A DNA stretch of 64,000 nt from a virus (Duplodnaviria; Heunggongvirae; Uroviricota; Caudoviricetes), in IMG/VR virus record IMGVR_UViG_3300037400_006466, positions 172,098 to 236,097 of that record; one strand, written 5' to 3'. A model generated the notes under the pieces. That model saw nothing but the letters and a program-made list of their open reading frames with translations. It had not been told where the DNA came from and ran no database searches. Shown here one piece after another: positions 17,443 through 27,236 of this stretch. The position numbers and the translations under genes are program-made. Every line of letters starts with the position of its first letter. Position 1 is the stretch's first letter.

Positions 17443-17691
17443 TTAATCAAAGTTTTTCCAATAATAGTCACATCCTTTATCTGTCAGAACATTGGGGTCT
17501 GTCAGCATAAAGAATGAATTATATATGTTTCCTGTCCTGACTGCTTCCTTTGCGTGTTTTTCAGTCCAATATCTTTTACAGGATTTCTTTACAGGACAGT
17601 CCAGGGAAACCTGTACCTCGGTATCTCCATGAGTATCTGTATACTCCACCTTTCCTCGGCAGAAAGTTATATCAAAATCATCTATTCCCAT
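17443..17691 (-). CDS. Cys-rich small protein (MGIDDFDITFC); paralogue of 2496..2726
   Basis: ORF. Confidence 0.55.
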   Translation of the reverse strand: MGIDDFDITFCRGKVEYTDTHGDTEVQVSLDCPVKKSCKRYWTEKHAKEAVRTGNIYNSFFMLTDPNVLTDKGCDYYWKNFD

Positions 17692-17741
17692 AGGAACCCC
17701 CAGATACTATATACAATTATTATAAAGTTTTCGTGAAAGGA

Positions 17742-18089
17742 TTAATAAGGTCTTTTCTGCTCATTTTTGGCTTTCAGTATGACAGGGGTCTTCTTGACTA
17801 TATCCATGAACTCCAGGAAAGCAGTATACCCGGGGTCTCCTTCTTTCCACATCTCTGTGGCATGCTTCTGGCACTTTCTGAACAGAACAGAGGCGTCTAT
17901 GACATCCCCATGAACCTCAGGAATCTCTCCTTCAATGGGGCACCACTCCATTCTCTTGTCATAAGGAGGGATAACCTCACTTATCTGCTTCTGCGTTCTG
18001 TTGCACCAGCAGACCCCACTACCCTCACGCCTAACCTCTATACAGAACCCACAACAAGGAGGGATACTTCCTGGAAAAACAACTGACAT
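17742..18089 (-). CDS. hypothetical Cys-rich protein
   Basis: ORF. Confidence 0.5.
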   Translation of the reverse strand: MSVVFPGSIPPCCGFCIEVRREGSGVCWCNRTQKQISEVIPPYDKRMEWCPIEGEIPEVHGDVIDASVLFRKCQKHATEMWKEGDPGYTAFLEFMDIVKKTPVILKAKNEQKRPY

Positions 18090-18103
18090 ACTTCACTTCT
18101 CCT

Positions 18104-18484
18104 TTACTCCGAAAAGCCCTTTAATACTGTAAGGCCATCAACAGCATATCCACCTTTGAATCCATGATTCAGCAGTACAAGTTCATCCCCACTTGCTGTC
18201 TTCCAAGGGTCTGACATGACTTTGAAAACTTCATCTTTGTGGTCTTCATATTCAGCATACCTGTCATTTAACCTGACATAACAGCCTTTCTCTACTCTAT
18301 TTAGAGTATCTTTAAGATCCATTGTCATAGCTTTTTCAAGTTCATTTGCAGTCTTTGCCTGAACTACCTCAATCACCTGTCTGTCTGAATATCCATGCTC
18401 CTCAGCCCATTTCTTAAGTATTCCTTTGGACTCTATGGTTTTAAGACCTATGTTTCTGATTTCAAGCGCTTCTGAAGCTGTCAC
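18104..18484 (-). CDS. hypothetical protein (GTG start chosen in place of the track's long N-terminus)
   Basis: GTG at 18484 follows GGGAGAGGtaaa, immediately after the stop of the upstream gene. The track's N-terminal 60 aa is low-complexity and overlaps that upstream gene. Confidence 0.45.
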   Translation of the reverse strand: MTASEALEIRNIGLKTIESKGILKKWAEEHGYSDRQVIEVVQAKTANELEKAMTMDLKDTLNRVEKGCYVRLNDRYAEYEDHKDEVFKVMSDPWKTASGDELVLLNHGFKGGYAVDGLTVLKGFSE

Positions 18485-18485
18485 T

Positions 18486-18689
18486 TTACCTCTCCCATCC
18501 TCTGAGCTCCATAAGCTCCTCATAGTTCTGCATCCACAGAGACAGGATTCTACCTGCCTCCCTTTTGTCAAGGTCAAATGCCTCCATGAGGTAGGGTCTC
18601 GCACCGAACATATTCGTGACCCCTGACTGTCTGAGGTCCTCAAGGTAATCAAAGCACTCAATCTCAAAATCTGTGTATTTATCCATCAT
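18486..18689 (-). CDS. hypothetical protein (start MMDKYTDFEIE)
   Basis: Track ORF 18486..18743 trimmed to the ATG at 18689, which forms an ATGA overlap with the stop of 18686..18988. Confidence 0.45.
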   Translation of the reverse strand: MMDKYTDFEIECFDYLEDLRQSGVTNMFGARPYLMEAFDLDKREAGRILSLWMQNYEELMELRGWER

Positions 18690-18988
18690 CTTACTCCATA
18701 TGTGACTTCTTCCAATGACAGGAATCCGAAGGAATCCCTGCACATATCCTCAAAATCGCAGTATCTGTCTGACAAATGCTTCGCACCCCTCAGAAAGGAT
18801 GCTTGGGCTTTACCATAATCATCATATAGGTTCATCTGCATCTTTCCTCTCTCGAATCTGTTCCCGTACATGGACTCAGACTCACCTATGACCTTATATG
18901 CGGAAAGGCACCATCTGTATCCGAAAGGCTCCAAGGTTAAGGTCATATCACCTTTTTTCATCACCACCCTGTCTGGCATATTCCACAT
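18686..18988 (-). CDS. hypothetical protein
   Basis: ORF. Confidence 0.5.
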   Translation of the reverse strand: MWNMPDRVVMKKGDMTLTLEPFGYRWCLSAYKVIGESESMYGNRFERGKMQMNLYDDYGKAQASFLRGAKHLSDRYCDFEDMCRDSFGFLSLEEVTYGVR

Positions 18989-19045
18989 CTCCTCATATAT
19001 AATATACTGCGATATAATGCATTTGTCAATAAGGATATGGAAAAA

Positions 19046-19390
19046 TCAAGGGATATTTCTTGCATTTTCCATATTGAGAATAACCTCATCATAAAGCTCA
19101 CCTAATCTGATGAACTCAAAGTCAAAATCCTTGAAATACGAGAAGTCAATGTCCTCTGCGGGTATCTGATTCCCATATCTGCTGACAAGGGCACAGAACA
19201 CAATCCAGTCACTCAAATGACTGATAGCATATCTGTCATGGACATCATCATACCAGATGGACTTTGATGTCAATGAGGGGTCAAGAATCTCCAATGCCCC
19301 TTCCAGTGACACATAATCAGGAATCTTGGCTGCCTTTTCGGCAAAATCCCAGTCAAGATTCAGTTTCTCGGCAAGTGCTCTCCTATCCAT
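19046..19390 (-). CDS. hypothetical protein
   Basis: ORF. Confidence 0.55.
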   Translation of the reverse strand: MDRRALAEKLNLDWDFAEKAAKIPDYVSLEGALEILDPSLTSKSIWYDDVHDRYAISHLSDWIVFCALVSRYGNQIPAEDIDFSYFKDFDFEFIRLGELYDEVILNMENARNIP

Positions 19391-19411
19391 AATGTCTCTC
19401 CTGTATGTCAG

Positions 19412-19927
19412 TCAATCCAAAGACCATGTGTGAAGGGTCTTTGACTCATATGTGTCAGACCATTTGACGTTGGTCACCCAATCTCCAAGGACATCCCACA
19501 GATTCCTCTCAGTCTCACTGGAGCTCTCCCAGTATCCAGGTCTCACAAAATACCCATAAAGGCCGTTGTCCTCTGAGTGCTTCTTGATGAAATCAAGGGG
19601 AACGTCTATTCTGTCCTTGGAATAGACCCTCAGACAATTCTCGCTGTTGCCGTCAGAGCTCTCAACTACATAGAGCTCATGATTGACCCAACTGGGATAT
19701 TCCTTTCCTTTACCCCAGGTATCACACCAGTCAGTTATCCTTCTGATAACCGTCTCTTTGGCTTTTTCTATGTCCTTCTCTGTGAAAGGACCCTCCTTGG
19801 AATAGAAGCTTCCTCTGAACTGACCTATGGAGAATCCAGTATCATCAGAATCAAGAATCTCAAAGCTTCTGATATAATCCTCTCCGGGCTCTGAAAAATG
19901 GCATTTAAGATATCCTTTATTCTGCAT
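19412..19927 (-). CDS. hypothetical protein
   Basis: ORF downstream of the clearest consensus promoter. Confidence 0.6.
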   Translation of the reverse strand: MQNKGYLKCHFSEPGEDYIRSFEILDSDDTGFSIGQFRGSFYSKEGPFTEKDIEKAKETVIRRITDWCDTWGKGKEYPSWVNHELYVVESSDGNSENCLRVYSKDRIDVPLDFIKKHSEDNGLYGYFVRPGYWESSSETERNLWDVLGDWVTNVKWSDTYESKTLHTWSLD

Positions 19928-19979
19928 ATTCTCTGCCCCCTTACACCATCAGTATAACAGACTTATGGGATATTGTCAA
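19928..19979 (-). promoter_or_regulatory. sigma-A consensus promoter (TTGACA-N17-TATACT)
   Basis: Minus-strand read: TTGACAatatcccataagtctgtTATACTgatggtGTAAGGGGgcagagaatATG. Confidence 0.6.
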
Positions 19980-19986
19980 CAGCAAT

Positions 19987-20019
19987 CAAAAAAAAATGTC
20001 CTGTATTTCTACAGGACAA
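19987..20019 (-). terminator. rho-independent terminator
   Basis: Perfect 9-bp stem tgtcctgta / tacaggaca with loop tttc, followed by a run of 9 T on the minus strand, downstream of 20044..20991. Confidence 0.65.
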
Positions 20020-20043
20020 AATATAAGGAGGAAAGAAATCCCT

Positions 20044-20991
20044 TTAAGGGAGCTCTTTTTTCAACTCTTCTATGTTATGGAATCCTTCACCTTCAAGTGC
20101 TGCGACTACTCTCTGGCTATCATCCTCTTTCTTCTTGTTCCATCTTTCCAAATCAAATGGAGCAGTATAGACCTGAGGTTCCTCAAAATCATCAACAGCT
20201 TTCCAGTTATCCTGTACCTTCTTGATTACATCCAGTACCTTGGCGAAAATCTCTGACTCTTTGTTCAGATACTTTCCTTCAGATATCTTTTCAAGATAGT
20301 AACACTTCTCTTTGAGTGCAAGGTCTCTCACCTCATGTTCAACCTCAGACAGTGCCTGACCTGCATCCTCACAAATCCACTTCTTCGGTTCTACAGGTGG
20401 ATGGGGTGGCTGACCCTTAAATTCATTCTCTGGCTGCTTGTCATACCATTCCTTGAGGACAGGATACATCTTTTCCTTATATAATTTACTTGTATAATAA
20501 TACTTTTCATCATAGTCATCCATGAAATACTTGTCATTTGCATAATTCTGTAGGTCAGTCCTTGCATCATTCAGACCGAGAGTACTTCTATAACTACCAG
20601 AATGTTCCAACCAGAGTCCACACTTGTCTATATCTACACCTATGACTTTAAGGAACTGTTCCATATCAAAGTTGTCCATGTCTGTAGAAAAATCAAAGAC
20701 ATTTGAACCTTCAGTCACATCCCAGCCTTCAGGATAATAGGCATAATCATGTTCTGAAAAAGGTTCGCAGTGATATGCTATTCGCTGATCCTCTGAACTC
20801 CAGTCATAGTATTCGGTATTATGCGGATAAAGGTCTCCGGCATACTTACTGACCATTTCCTTGTATTCATCAGACAGACTGAAGTTCTTCCAGTTCTTTA
20901 TCCATTTAATCTGCTCAGGAGTCAGATATGCCTTGAACAGAATAAATGAGGATGATGAACTATTACTTACAAAACCGTTTCTTATCTTCAT
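20044..20991 (-). CDS. member 3 of the MKIRNGFVSNSSSSSF N-terminal-signature family
   Basis: N-terminus MKIRNGFVSNSSSSSFILFKA. The rest is unrelated to the other members. Confidence 0.75.
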   Translation of the reverse strand: MKIRNGFVSNSSSSSFILFKAYLTPEQIKWIKNWKNFSLSDEYKEMVSKYAGDLYPHNTEYYDWSSEDQRIAYHCEPFSEHDYAYYPEGWDVTEGSNVFDFSTDMDNFDMEQFLKVIGVDIDKCGLWLEHSGSYRSTLGLNDARTDLQNYANDKYFMDDYDEKYYYTSKLYKEKMYPVLKEWYDKQPENEFKGQPPHPPVEPKKWICEDAGQALSEVEHEVRDLALKEKCYYLEKISEGKYLNKESEIFAKVLDVIKKVQDNWKAVDDFEEPQVYTAPFDLERWNKKKEDDSQRVVAALEGEGFHNIEELKKELP

Positions 20992-21575
20992 TAATCTCTA
21001 AACTCCCAGACTACATCATGCTTCCGGAATATATTACCGGCTGCACTCTTTATGGCATAGGTGTCTTCCCAATCAAGAAACTTGCACCCTTCACTGGTAT
21101 CGACCTCAATCTCATATACATTCTTGTCAGGGGTTATTTTACTGAGCAGCTCAGGGTCAGAGTACCTGTCTATCACATCATAGTAATCGTCCCCTCTGAC
21201 AGGCCTTAATTCTCTCTTGAAATATTTGCAGTTCAGACAATCACTGTTAGGCCATTCATCCGGGTCCTTAAAACAATAATGAGGGCAACTCCAGATATTC
21301 TGCATCTCATCCCAAGTGGCTGAACAGTATTTATGAGTCTCGGTCTCGCCTTCCTCGGGCTTATAGCGCCTGTCTATATCCCCGTATTCCTGCTTGGTAT
21401 ATTGGGACATGAACAGAAGATATGTCATAGCCCCTTGCTGAGCAGTGGTAAGCTCATCAGTGAATCCACCTACATAATCCTCAACCTCAGACAGTTTAAG
21501 CTCCCTGCCTTTTGGGACTATAAGAATAAAAGAGGAACTTGAACTATTGCTTACAAATCCGTTTCTTATCTTCAT
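20991..21575 (-). CDS. member 4 of the MKIRNGFVSNSSSSSF family (Cys-rich body)
   Basis: N-terminus MKIRNGFVSNSSSSSFILIVPKG. Confidence 0.75.
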   Translation of the reverse strand: MKIRNGFVSNSSSSSFILIVPKGRELKLSEVEDYVGGFTDELTTAQQGAMTYLLFMSQYTKQEYGDIDRRYKPEEGETETHKYCSATWDEMQNIWSCPHYCFKDPDEWPNSDCLNCKYFKRELRPVRGDDYYDVIDRYSDPELLSKITPDKNVYEIEVDTSEGCKFLDWEDTYAIKSAAGNIFRKHDVVWEFRD

Positions 21576-21593
21576 ATGATTATTATAACTCTG

Positions 21594-21923
21594 CTAGAAA
21601 TTTTCCAAGAAGAAATCCAAGGGGTAGCTTTGTCCAGTTAATTTACAAATCTTATTCAAAGACTCCTTAATCTCATTCAGTATATTCTTATCTCTGATTA
21701 TAGCATACTCAGTATTCTCTTTAGCCAAATCAGTGTAGTCACAGGTGTCCAAATCAAATTCATAGCAGTCCAGATAGAACCTGAGATTATTATAACAATT
21801 TCGGAAATCATGTATATTGGCACCTGTAACTTTATTTTCCCAGTCCCGAGACGCTATGTCCAAATGACTCTTATTTAATCGCAGCATCGTAAAATTATCG
21901 GATTCCCTGATTTTTATCTTCAC
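21594..21923 (-). CDS. hypothetical protein
   Basis: ORF. Confidence 0.55.
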   Translation of the reverse strand: MKIKIRESDNFTMLRLNKSHLDIASRDWENKVTGANIHDFRNCYNNLRFYLDCYEFDLDTCDYTDLAKENTEYAIIRDKNILNEIKESLNKICKLTGQSYPLDFFLENF

Positions 21924-21933
21924 TGGCCCCTCT

Positions 21934-22656
21934 CTACTTGTTATACCATACTACATATGGATAATTTCTGTCCTTCGGCATCTCAATCTGGTACTTATTC
22001 TCTTTGTGATCAAAATATATGGCATCCCAAACCGAAGGCCCCTCATCCCCGTTTTCGTCCATAAGATTTCCGCTACCATCATCATCATTAATACATCCAT
22101 TCTCGACCGCCTGAAGGAATTCCTCTATCGGATAAACACTTCCGAACTTTGCCTTTACCTGGACCTTTATCAGCTCTCTATACCTGGTGAGAAGCTCTTC
22201 AGCCTTTTCACTGAAAAGAAAATCCTCAGGGTCAGCTAAATATTCATCCTTAGCATCAATGAGGAATGCCCTCAGTATGCCCTCAAGTTCATAATCACAG
22301 TCCATAGGCATAAGATAGTCTTTCTCTATAAGAGACTGTAAGAAGTAATATATCTCCTTGACCAGTTTATCGTCTATATCTCTGGTCATATCTCTAAGGT
22401 TATAGAGTTTGATTCTAAAATCAGAGTCATCAAGTTCCTCATAATTAAACATCAGCCTGATAAATGAAGAGCATTCCTCAACAGTACCAGTGAACAGACT
22501 TGTAGACTGGCCTTTGATGGTCTGGTCGCTGACAACTGCCTTATCAGTATCCACCAAACTTATCTTAAGACACTTAACATCCTTATACTGTGTATTCTCG
22601 GCATTTTTAACGGAGACATTATAAGTCATTCCCGGAATCATTATTTTGTTAATCAT
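21934..22656 (-). CDS. hypothetical protein
   Basis: ORF. Confidence 0.6.
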   Translation of the reverse strand: MINKIMIPGMTYNVSVKNAENTQYKDVKCLKISLVDTDKAVVSDQTIKGQSTSLFTGTVEECSSFIRLMFNYEELDDSDFRIKLYNLRDMTRDIDDKLVKEIYYFLQSLIEKDYLMPMDCDYELEGILRAFLIDAKDEYLADPEDFLFSEKAEELLTRYRELIKVQVKAKFGSVYPIEEFLQAVENGCINDDDGSGNLMDENGDEGPSVWDAIYFDHKENKYQIEMPKDRNYPYVVWYNK

Positions 22657-22668
22657 TTCTTCTCCCCC

Positions 22669-23274
22669 TTAGAATGACCTGATAAAACAGACTGCCTTTC
22701 CTTCATATTTACCCCAATTAAACCACTTGGCTTTAAGAGGATTCCAGAACCATGCAAAACAGTTATCAGCGTCTACCTCATTGGAGGACCACATTTCATA
22801 ATTCTGCTTCTTTTTCTGCCAAGGCTTTCTGTTCTTGTTCCTGTCTATGAACCAGTCTACCCTACCGGACTCTCTCAGCCTATCAAGTTCAGACATGGAA
22901 CCGATATACCAGTCGTCACATCCGTTTGTCTTCTTTCCGTTCTGTTCTTCAACCAGATACTTCCACATAGTCTGGTCAGAATACTCACCAATATCTTCCT
23001 TGCTTAAGGCTTTCTCAGTATTTATTTTGCCGGAGCCTATACCATCCAAAGTGGCTTCTGTGGATATTCCATAACATCCCCATCTTTTAGGGAAGACAAC
23101 ACCTGTCTTGGTATCAACCACAAAGTATTTGTCAGAGTCACCTTTCTCAACTGTCTCATAGTAGACAGCCTTATTCAGGTCTTCAGTGGGCTTAGTATTC
23201 TTATCGTAGAACTTATATTTTCCATTACAGGAAGTATTTATGTAGTAGATTGTTCCGCCTATAGGTTTAAGCAT
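22669..23274 (-). CDS. DUF1566-like protein; paralogue of 16165..16722
   Basis: Start set at MLKPIGGTIYY, preceded by AGAGGAACaaag exactly as in the paralogue. Both end in the same C-terminal AVCFIRSF. Confidence 0.55.
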   Translation of the reverse strand: MLKPIGGTIYYINTSCNGKYKFYDKNTKPTEDLNKAVYYETVEKGDSDKYFVVDTKTGVVFPKRWGCYGISTEATLDGIGSGKINTEKALSKEDIGEYSDQTMWKYLVEEQNGKKTNGCDDWYIGSMSELDRLRESGRVDWFIDRNKNRKPWQKKKQNYEMWSSNEVDADNCFAWFWNPLKAKWFNWGKYEGKAVCFIRSF

Positions 23275-23307
23275 CTTTGTTCCTCTGATATTCTTTCTCA
23301 AACAGTG

Positions 23308-23691
23308 TCAGTACTCATGTTCCAAAGACTTGAATCTGTCTATAATCTCGTGGATATGATAGGATATCTCCTGGTCTTTCAGCATGGAACCTCTTTCCAG
23401 GAACTCTGCATCCCGCTCCAGTTCATCCAGAAGCTTCTCATCATAGGTCTCCTGCGTAATGTTGATATCAGCTTTGTAAGTATCCTTGAACGCAATCTTA
23501 CAGGAATCATAATCGCTTTCGAAAAGAATGATTGGCTTATCTTCCTTTGACTTCTTACCAAGGATACTCAGGTACCTCTTACCAGGGTCCTGAGACTCAA
23601 GGGTTCTACATGCAGGAACAAGTTTAATCCACTTGTATATGGAGTTATCATCCCCACATCTGTACCAAATGCCTATATCATGGTCAGTCAT
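23308..23691 (-). CDS. hypothetical protein (start MTDHDIG)
   Basis: Track ORF trimmed to the ATG at 23691, which overlaps the stop of 23684..23959 by 8 nt. Confidence 0.45.
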   Translation of the reverse strand: MTDHDIGIWYRCGDDNSIYKWIKLVPACRTLESQDPGKRYLSILGKKSKEDKPIILFESDYDSCKIAFKDTYKADINITQETYDEKLLDELERDAEFLERGSMLKDQEISYHIHEIIDRFKSLEHEY

Positions 23692-23959
23692 CCAGCTCCT
23701 CCAAATCCTCAACAATATAACCGATATCGTCCAGAGCACTTTCCATACCACTAAGCTCACTACTAGCATCATCTATGGCGTCTCTCAGTCTTTTGGCTAT
23801 ATCAGAGACATTAGGAACACGAATGTCAGGACACAGCTCAACACTTCTGTTTCCAAGTCTGACCTCACCCCACTCAATGCCATATCTGTTGTTGATGCTT
23901 ACAAGCATATTAGGGTCAAATTCTGAAAGTCTCTCAATAAGCTCCTTTACAGTCATCAA
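23684..23959 (-). CDS. small acidic protein of the KELIE.L..FDP family
   Basis: ORF. Confidence 0.5.
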   Translation of the reverse strand: MMTVKELIERLSEFDPNMLVSINNRYGIEWGEVRLGNRSVELCPDIRVPNVSDIAKRLRDAIDDASSELSGMESALDDIGYIVEDLEELDD

Positions 23960-24858
23960 TAGTCCTCCTCATCATCTGTGCTTATATTGAACTCATCAAG
24001 ATTCTCTATGATTTCCTTGAGGTCTCCCACAGTCAATGGATGATTGTCCACATAGAATATACCATTTCTATTCTTGTTCTGGAAGGTCTCTATGGCCTTG
24101 ATTACGGCTTCTCTGAATGTAGCCGGAGTACCTGGCTTGTCATAGTATGTACTTGAATCAAGACCGAAGTATCTCTCAGCAAACTCTGAAGCATTGGCAC
24201 TATCTGGGACACAGGAATCATAGTCTATATTCATATACTTGACCACAAGATTCTCAGGGTCGATCTTTTCAGACTTAATGAGCTCCTCTCTCATATCCTC
24301 AAGGGCTTTCTTGCGTGCCTGCCTTCTAGCTGTACGCTCTCTTTCATCTTTGACCTTATACCACTCGTCAGCCTTCTTGACTCTTGCCTCAGTCTCAGCA
24401 TCAGCCTCACCCTTTCGGACCTTTATACTATCCTCAATGGAGACCTCAGGAAGTTCCATGTCAGACATATCCACATCTGGTGACCTATACTCATACTCAT
24501 CAGACTGGCATCTGTATACTTCTGTGAGAGCCTGGACTCTCGGAATCTGAACCTTAGGATACTCCTTGTTTTCAACATAATCTTCGTCCCAATCACCATA
24601 GTCAGTATAAGAAACTGTTCCCTGATTATACTTGATGAACCTCTCTTTATGATTCAGGAGATAGTTCTTCTGATGCATATCAAGAGTAAAGAAATCCCAT
24701 CCATCATTGGCATCAGACTTGAATGTGATTTCATTTCTTGGATTCTCATTTATATATTTGACAATATCCTCGGGCTTTGTAAGTGTCTTGGACTTATCAT
24801 ATGCCACCAGAAAGCTTGAGGAACTTGAATTGCTTACAAAACCATTACGAATCTTCAT
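23956..24858 (-). CDS. member 5 of the MKIRNGFVSNSSSSSF family
   Basis: N-terminus MKIRNGFVSNSSSSSFLVAYDK. The body is charged and coiled-coil-like. Confidence 0.75.
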   Translation of the reverse strand: MKIRNGFVSNSSSSSFLVAYDKSKTLTKPEDIVKYINENPRNEITFKSDANDGWDFFTLDMHQKNYLLNHKERFIKYNQGTVSYTDYGDWDEDYVENKEYPKVQIPRVQALTEVYRCQSDEYEYRSPDVDMSDMELPEVSIEDSIKVRKGEADAETEARVKKADEWYKVKDERERTARRQARKKALEDMREELIKSEKIDPENLVVKYMNIDYDSCVPDSANASEFAERYFGLDSSTYYDKPGTPATFREAVIKAIETFQNKNRNGIFYVDNHPLTVGDLKEIIENLDEFNISTDDEEDY

Positions 24859-24896
24859 AATATTTCTCCTATACTATTATTATAATAGACTTTAAC

Positions 24897-25211
24897 TTAA
24901 TTGTCAAGAGATTCCTCAAGGTCTCTCATTTCAAGATTCATAAAAAGTCCTTCAGAAGAATCAGCCTTAAAATCTTTTGACAGAATCCTATCAGTATCTA
25001 TTCCTAAGACCAGCTCCAAGGTCATTAATGCATCATCTATTTCTTGATTTATGTGATAGAGATATGTCCCTGTGTCTGCATCTTTCTTAGCTATATCCCT
25101 TGATATCTTGTTCAAATTTCTGGAATACTCAAGTATTTCGTCAAGGAGTTTAGCTATTGTATATTGGTCTTTGGCTGACAGCTCAATCATACCAGCTTCA
25201 TTTCTTGTCAT
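24897..25211 (-). CDS. hypothetical protein
   Basis: ORF. Confidence 0.55.
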   Translation of the reverse strand: MTRNEAGMIELSAKDQYTIAKLLDEILEYSRNLNKISRDIAKKDADTGTYLYHINQEIDDALMTLELVLGIDTDRILSKDFKADSSEGLFMNLEMRDLEESLDN

Positions 25212-25417
25212 ACATTTGTCTTCAATACAGTAGGTATGTTCTCAGACCCTCTGATACTGAGCATTGCATCTGCAATCTCATAAGCCTCTTCAGCTATGGC
25301 AAGATGCCAGTCAGGATTAGCTCCTACCCGTGGTCTATATCTCGTTGAATGAGCCAGCATACCATTCAATGCTTCAATCGCAATTCTATCTCTCAACTCT
25401 AATTCTGTATTATTCAT
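25208..25417 (-). CDS. hypothetical protein
   Basis: ORF. Confidence 0.5.
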   Translation of the reverse strand: MNNTELELRDRIAIEALNGMLAHSTRYRPRVGANPDWHLAIAEEAYEIADAMLSIRGSENIPTVLKTNV

Positions 25418-25445
25418 TTACTTGCCTCCACTAAACCTAATCCTT

Positions 25446-25661
25446 CTAATTTAAGTTTATAATGTAATTTATATCTACTCTTGGTGCAAAGAAATTACAT
25501 TTGTAAACTAAAGGACTTATCATTTTACAAATCCCTCTATGTCTACATTCTCTACAAGGCTGCAATGTTGCGTACTTAATGCCAAAAGCTTCAGTAGCTT
25601 CTTTATCTTTCTGATAGTCATCTGTTGATTTTACAATTGTATTGGCTTCTTCAAACGTCAT
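25446..25661 (-). CDS. small Cys-rich protein (MTFEEAN...); paralogue of 12364..12561
   Basis: ORF. Confidence 0.55.
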   Translation of the reverse strand: MTFEEANTIVKSTDDYQKDKEATEAFGIKYATLQPCRECRHRGICKMISPLVYKCNFFAPRVDINYIINLN

Positions 25662-25831
25662 ATACTAGCCTCCACAAAAGCCTCAATGGTCTCCTTTGCT
25701 GCATCGACAAATAACTTCACCCTGTCAGGTTGATTTGCTTTCTTGAGCCTCCTCGCATTTCTGAGAAGTCCGTTTATTCGGATAAGTGCAAGAAGCCTAT
25801 ATTTACACAACCTTCTTATATCATCTGTCAT
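25658..25831 (-). CDS. small basic ORF (57 aa) not in the track
   Basis: ATG at 25831. Its stop forms an ATGA overlap with the start of 25446..25661. Confidence 0.35.
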   Translation of the reverse strand: MTDDIRRLCKYRLLALIRINGLLRNARRLKKANQPDRVKLFVDAAKETIEAFVEASI

Positions 25832-26165
25832 TCTGTTGCCCTTCTATTTTCTGCCATTCCATGTTCTTGAATGTACAATAAGGTGAATATTTGTAATTTT
25901 CAGTTCTGTAGCAGATTTCTTCTTCACCTTTCTTACCAATTACAAATTTAATCAGATACCAACCTTCCTCTGTCGGTGTCCCTGTGTGCCAAGGAGAAGA
26001 AGTTCTCTTGTCTTTGCAGTGATCGAGCTATTGCTCGACGCGGAAGCTGGATATCAGCCTTGACCCATTCGTGTATACTTTCTCTTCGTCTGTGAAACCA
26101 TAGGATTTCTCAAACTCTTCCCATGTCTCAGGGAAAACCATAGCATCACTCATCTTATCTATCTC

Positions 26166-26483
26166 CTACCAATAGAACTGCTCAGGGGCAGCCTCTCTAG
26201 GTATCGAAACATAATCCCACCAACCTTTGGAAGATATAGTCTCCAATGTTGAAGCTCTGTTATTGAACATGTCAACAGCAAATCTGTTTTTGCATACTGG
26301 ACACTTCCATGTAGGCACATTAGGATATCTGTCAACAGTGGCCTCAATACAATCTGGATCTGAAAAATAATAGGTCTTAAACTTCAGCCTTCTTCCAGCA
26401 ACAACATTAACTCTGGAATTACAATATGGGCAGTCTACATTAAAATTTTTCTTGATGGTCATTATGTTCTCCATCCATTTCAC
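26166..26483 (-). CDS. Zn-ribbon protein (CPYCNS...CPVCKN)
   Basis: ORF. Confidence 0.55.
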   Translation of the reverse strand: MKWMENIMTIKKNFNVDCPYCNSRVNVVAGRRLKFKTYYFSDPDCIEATVDRYPNVPTWKCPVCKNRFAVDMFNNRASTLETISSKGWWDYVSIPREAAPEQFYW

Positions 26484-26714
26484 TCATATATTTGAAAACA
26501 CCTCAAACAGAAGTCTCTCTTCCTTTGTATCCTCTGTGGACAGAGTGATCTCAGTTCTGTCATCATTGTACCAGAAGTAGTTACCATCATTCTCATAATC
26601 ATCAAGAAATTTACTGATTATGTCTCTTAACTTTTTCAGGTCTTCTATCCTCTCTTCATCTATTATAAAAGAAGAGGAACTTGAATTTGATACAAAGCCT
26701 TTTCTGATTTTCAT
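26484..26714 (-). CDS. member 6 (short, 76 aa) of the MKIRNGFVSNSSSSSF family
   Basis: N-terminus MKIRKGFVSNSSSSSFIIDEE. Confidence 0.65.
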   Translation of the reverse strand: MKIRKGFVSNSSSSSFIIDEERIEDLKKLRDIISKFLDDYENDGNYFWYNDDRTEITLSTEDTKEERLLFEVFSNI

Positions 26715-26905
26715 TTACAGTCCAACCTTGACATAAAGCTCTCAAAGCTTTCATTCACAACCATCTGTCCATTAGCATACCATGTTGTCCAAATCCAGAC
26801 AGAATCTTCTCTATTATTGGGATTTCTCTCGACACCGTTTATGGTATCTGTGTTAAGAACCAAGTCATATCCCCCATCTGTCTTGACATATATGAATTTA
26901 CTCAT
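26711..26905 (-). CDS. hypothetical protein
   Basis: ORF. Confidence 0.5.
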   Translation of the reverse strand: MSKFIYVKTDGGYDLVLNTDTINGVERNPNNREDSVWIWTTWYANGQMVVNESFESFMSRLDCK

Positions 26906-26924
26906 GTCTAATCCTTAGAAGACC

Positions 26925-27236
26925 TTATACATATTTATCTTTCTTGACATCTTTGTAATACTGCTTCCAGTCTTTACTGGTGAACTTACCAAATCTGTCT
27001 TTAATCCAATTCTCAAAGTCATTGAAGTGCCAGTCAGGATTTCTATACTCTATCTCTCTAAGAGTTTCCAAAACTTTAACTCTGTATTTAGAGCCAACAT
27101 AATAACTACCTTGCTCTTCAATAATGTTGTTCCAAAGCTCCAAAAGATATAAAGCTTCAAAAGGCGTAAGTCTTGACTTACCTTCCTCTCTTAAGAATGT
27201 AGGTTCAACTTTCATTTCGGGTATATTATATGTCAT
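26925..27236 (-). CDS. hypothetical protein
   Basis: ORF. Confidence 0.55.
   Translation of the reverse strand: MTYNIPEMKVEPTFLREEGKSRLTPFEALYLLELWNNIIEEQGSYYVGSKYRVKVLETLREIEYRNPDWHFNDFENWIKDRFGKFTSKDWKQYYKDVKKDKYV

Noticed and set aside
18104-18667. Long N-terminal extensions in the track for several genes (18104..18667, 53419..54513, 2496..2795, 17064..17333, 22669..23301 and 23308..23772)
   Set aside because: Each extension is low-complexity and overlaps the upstream gene. An internal ATG or GTG with an SD, placed at or next to the upstream stop, gives the likelier start. I used the trimmed coordinates.
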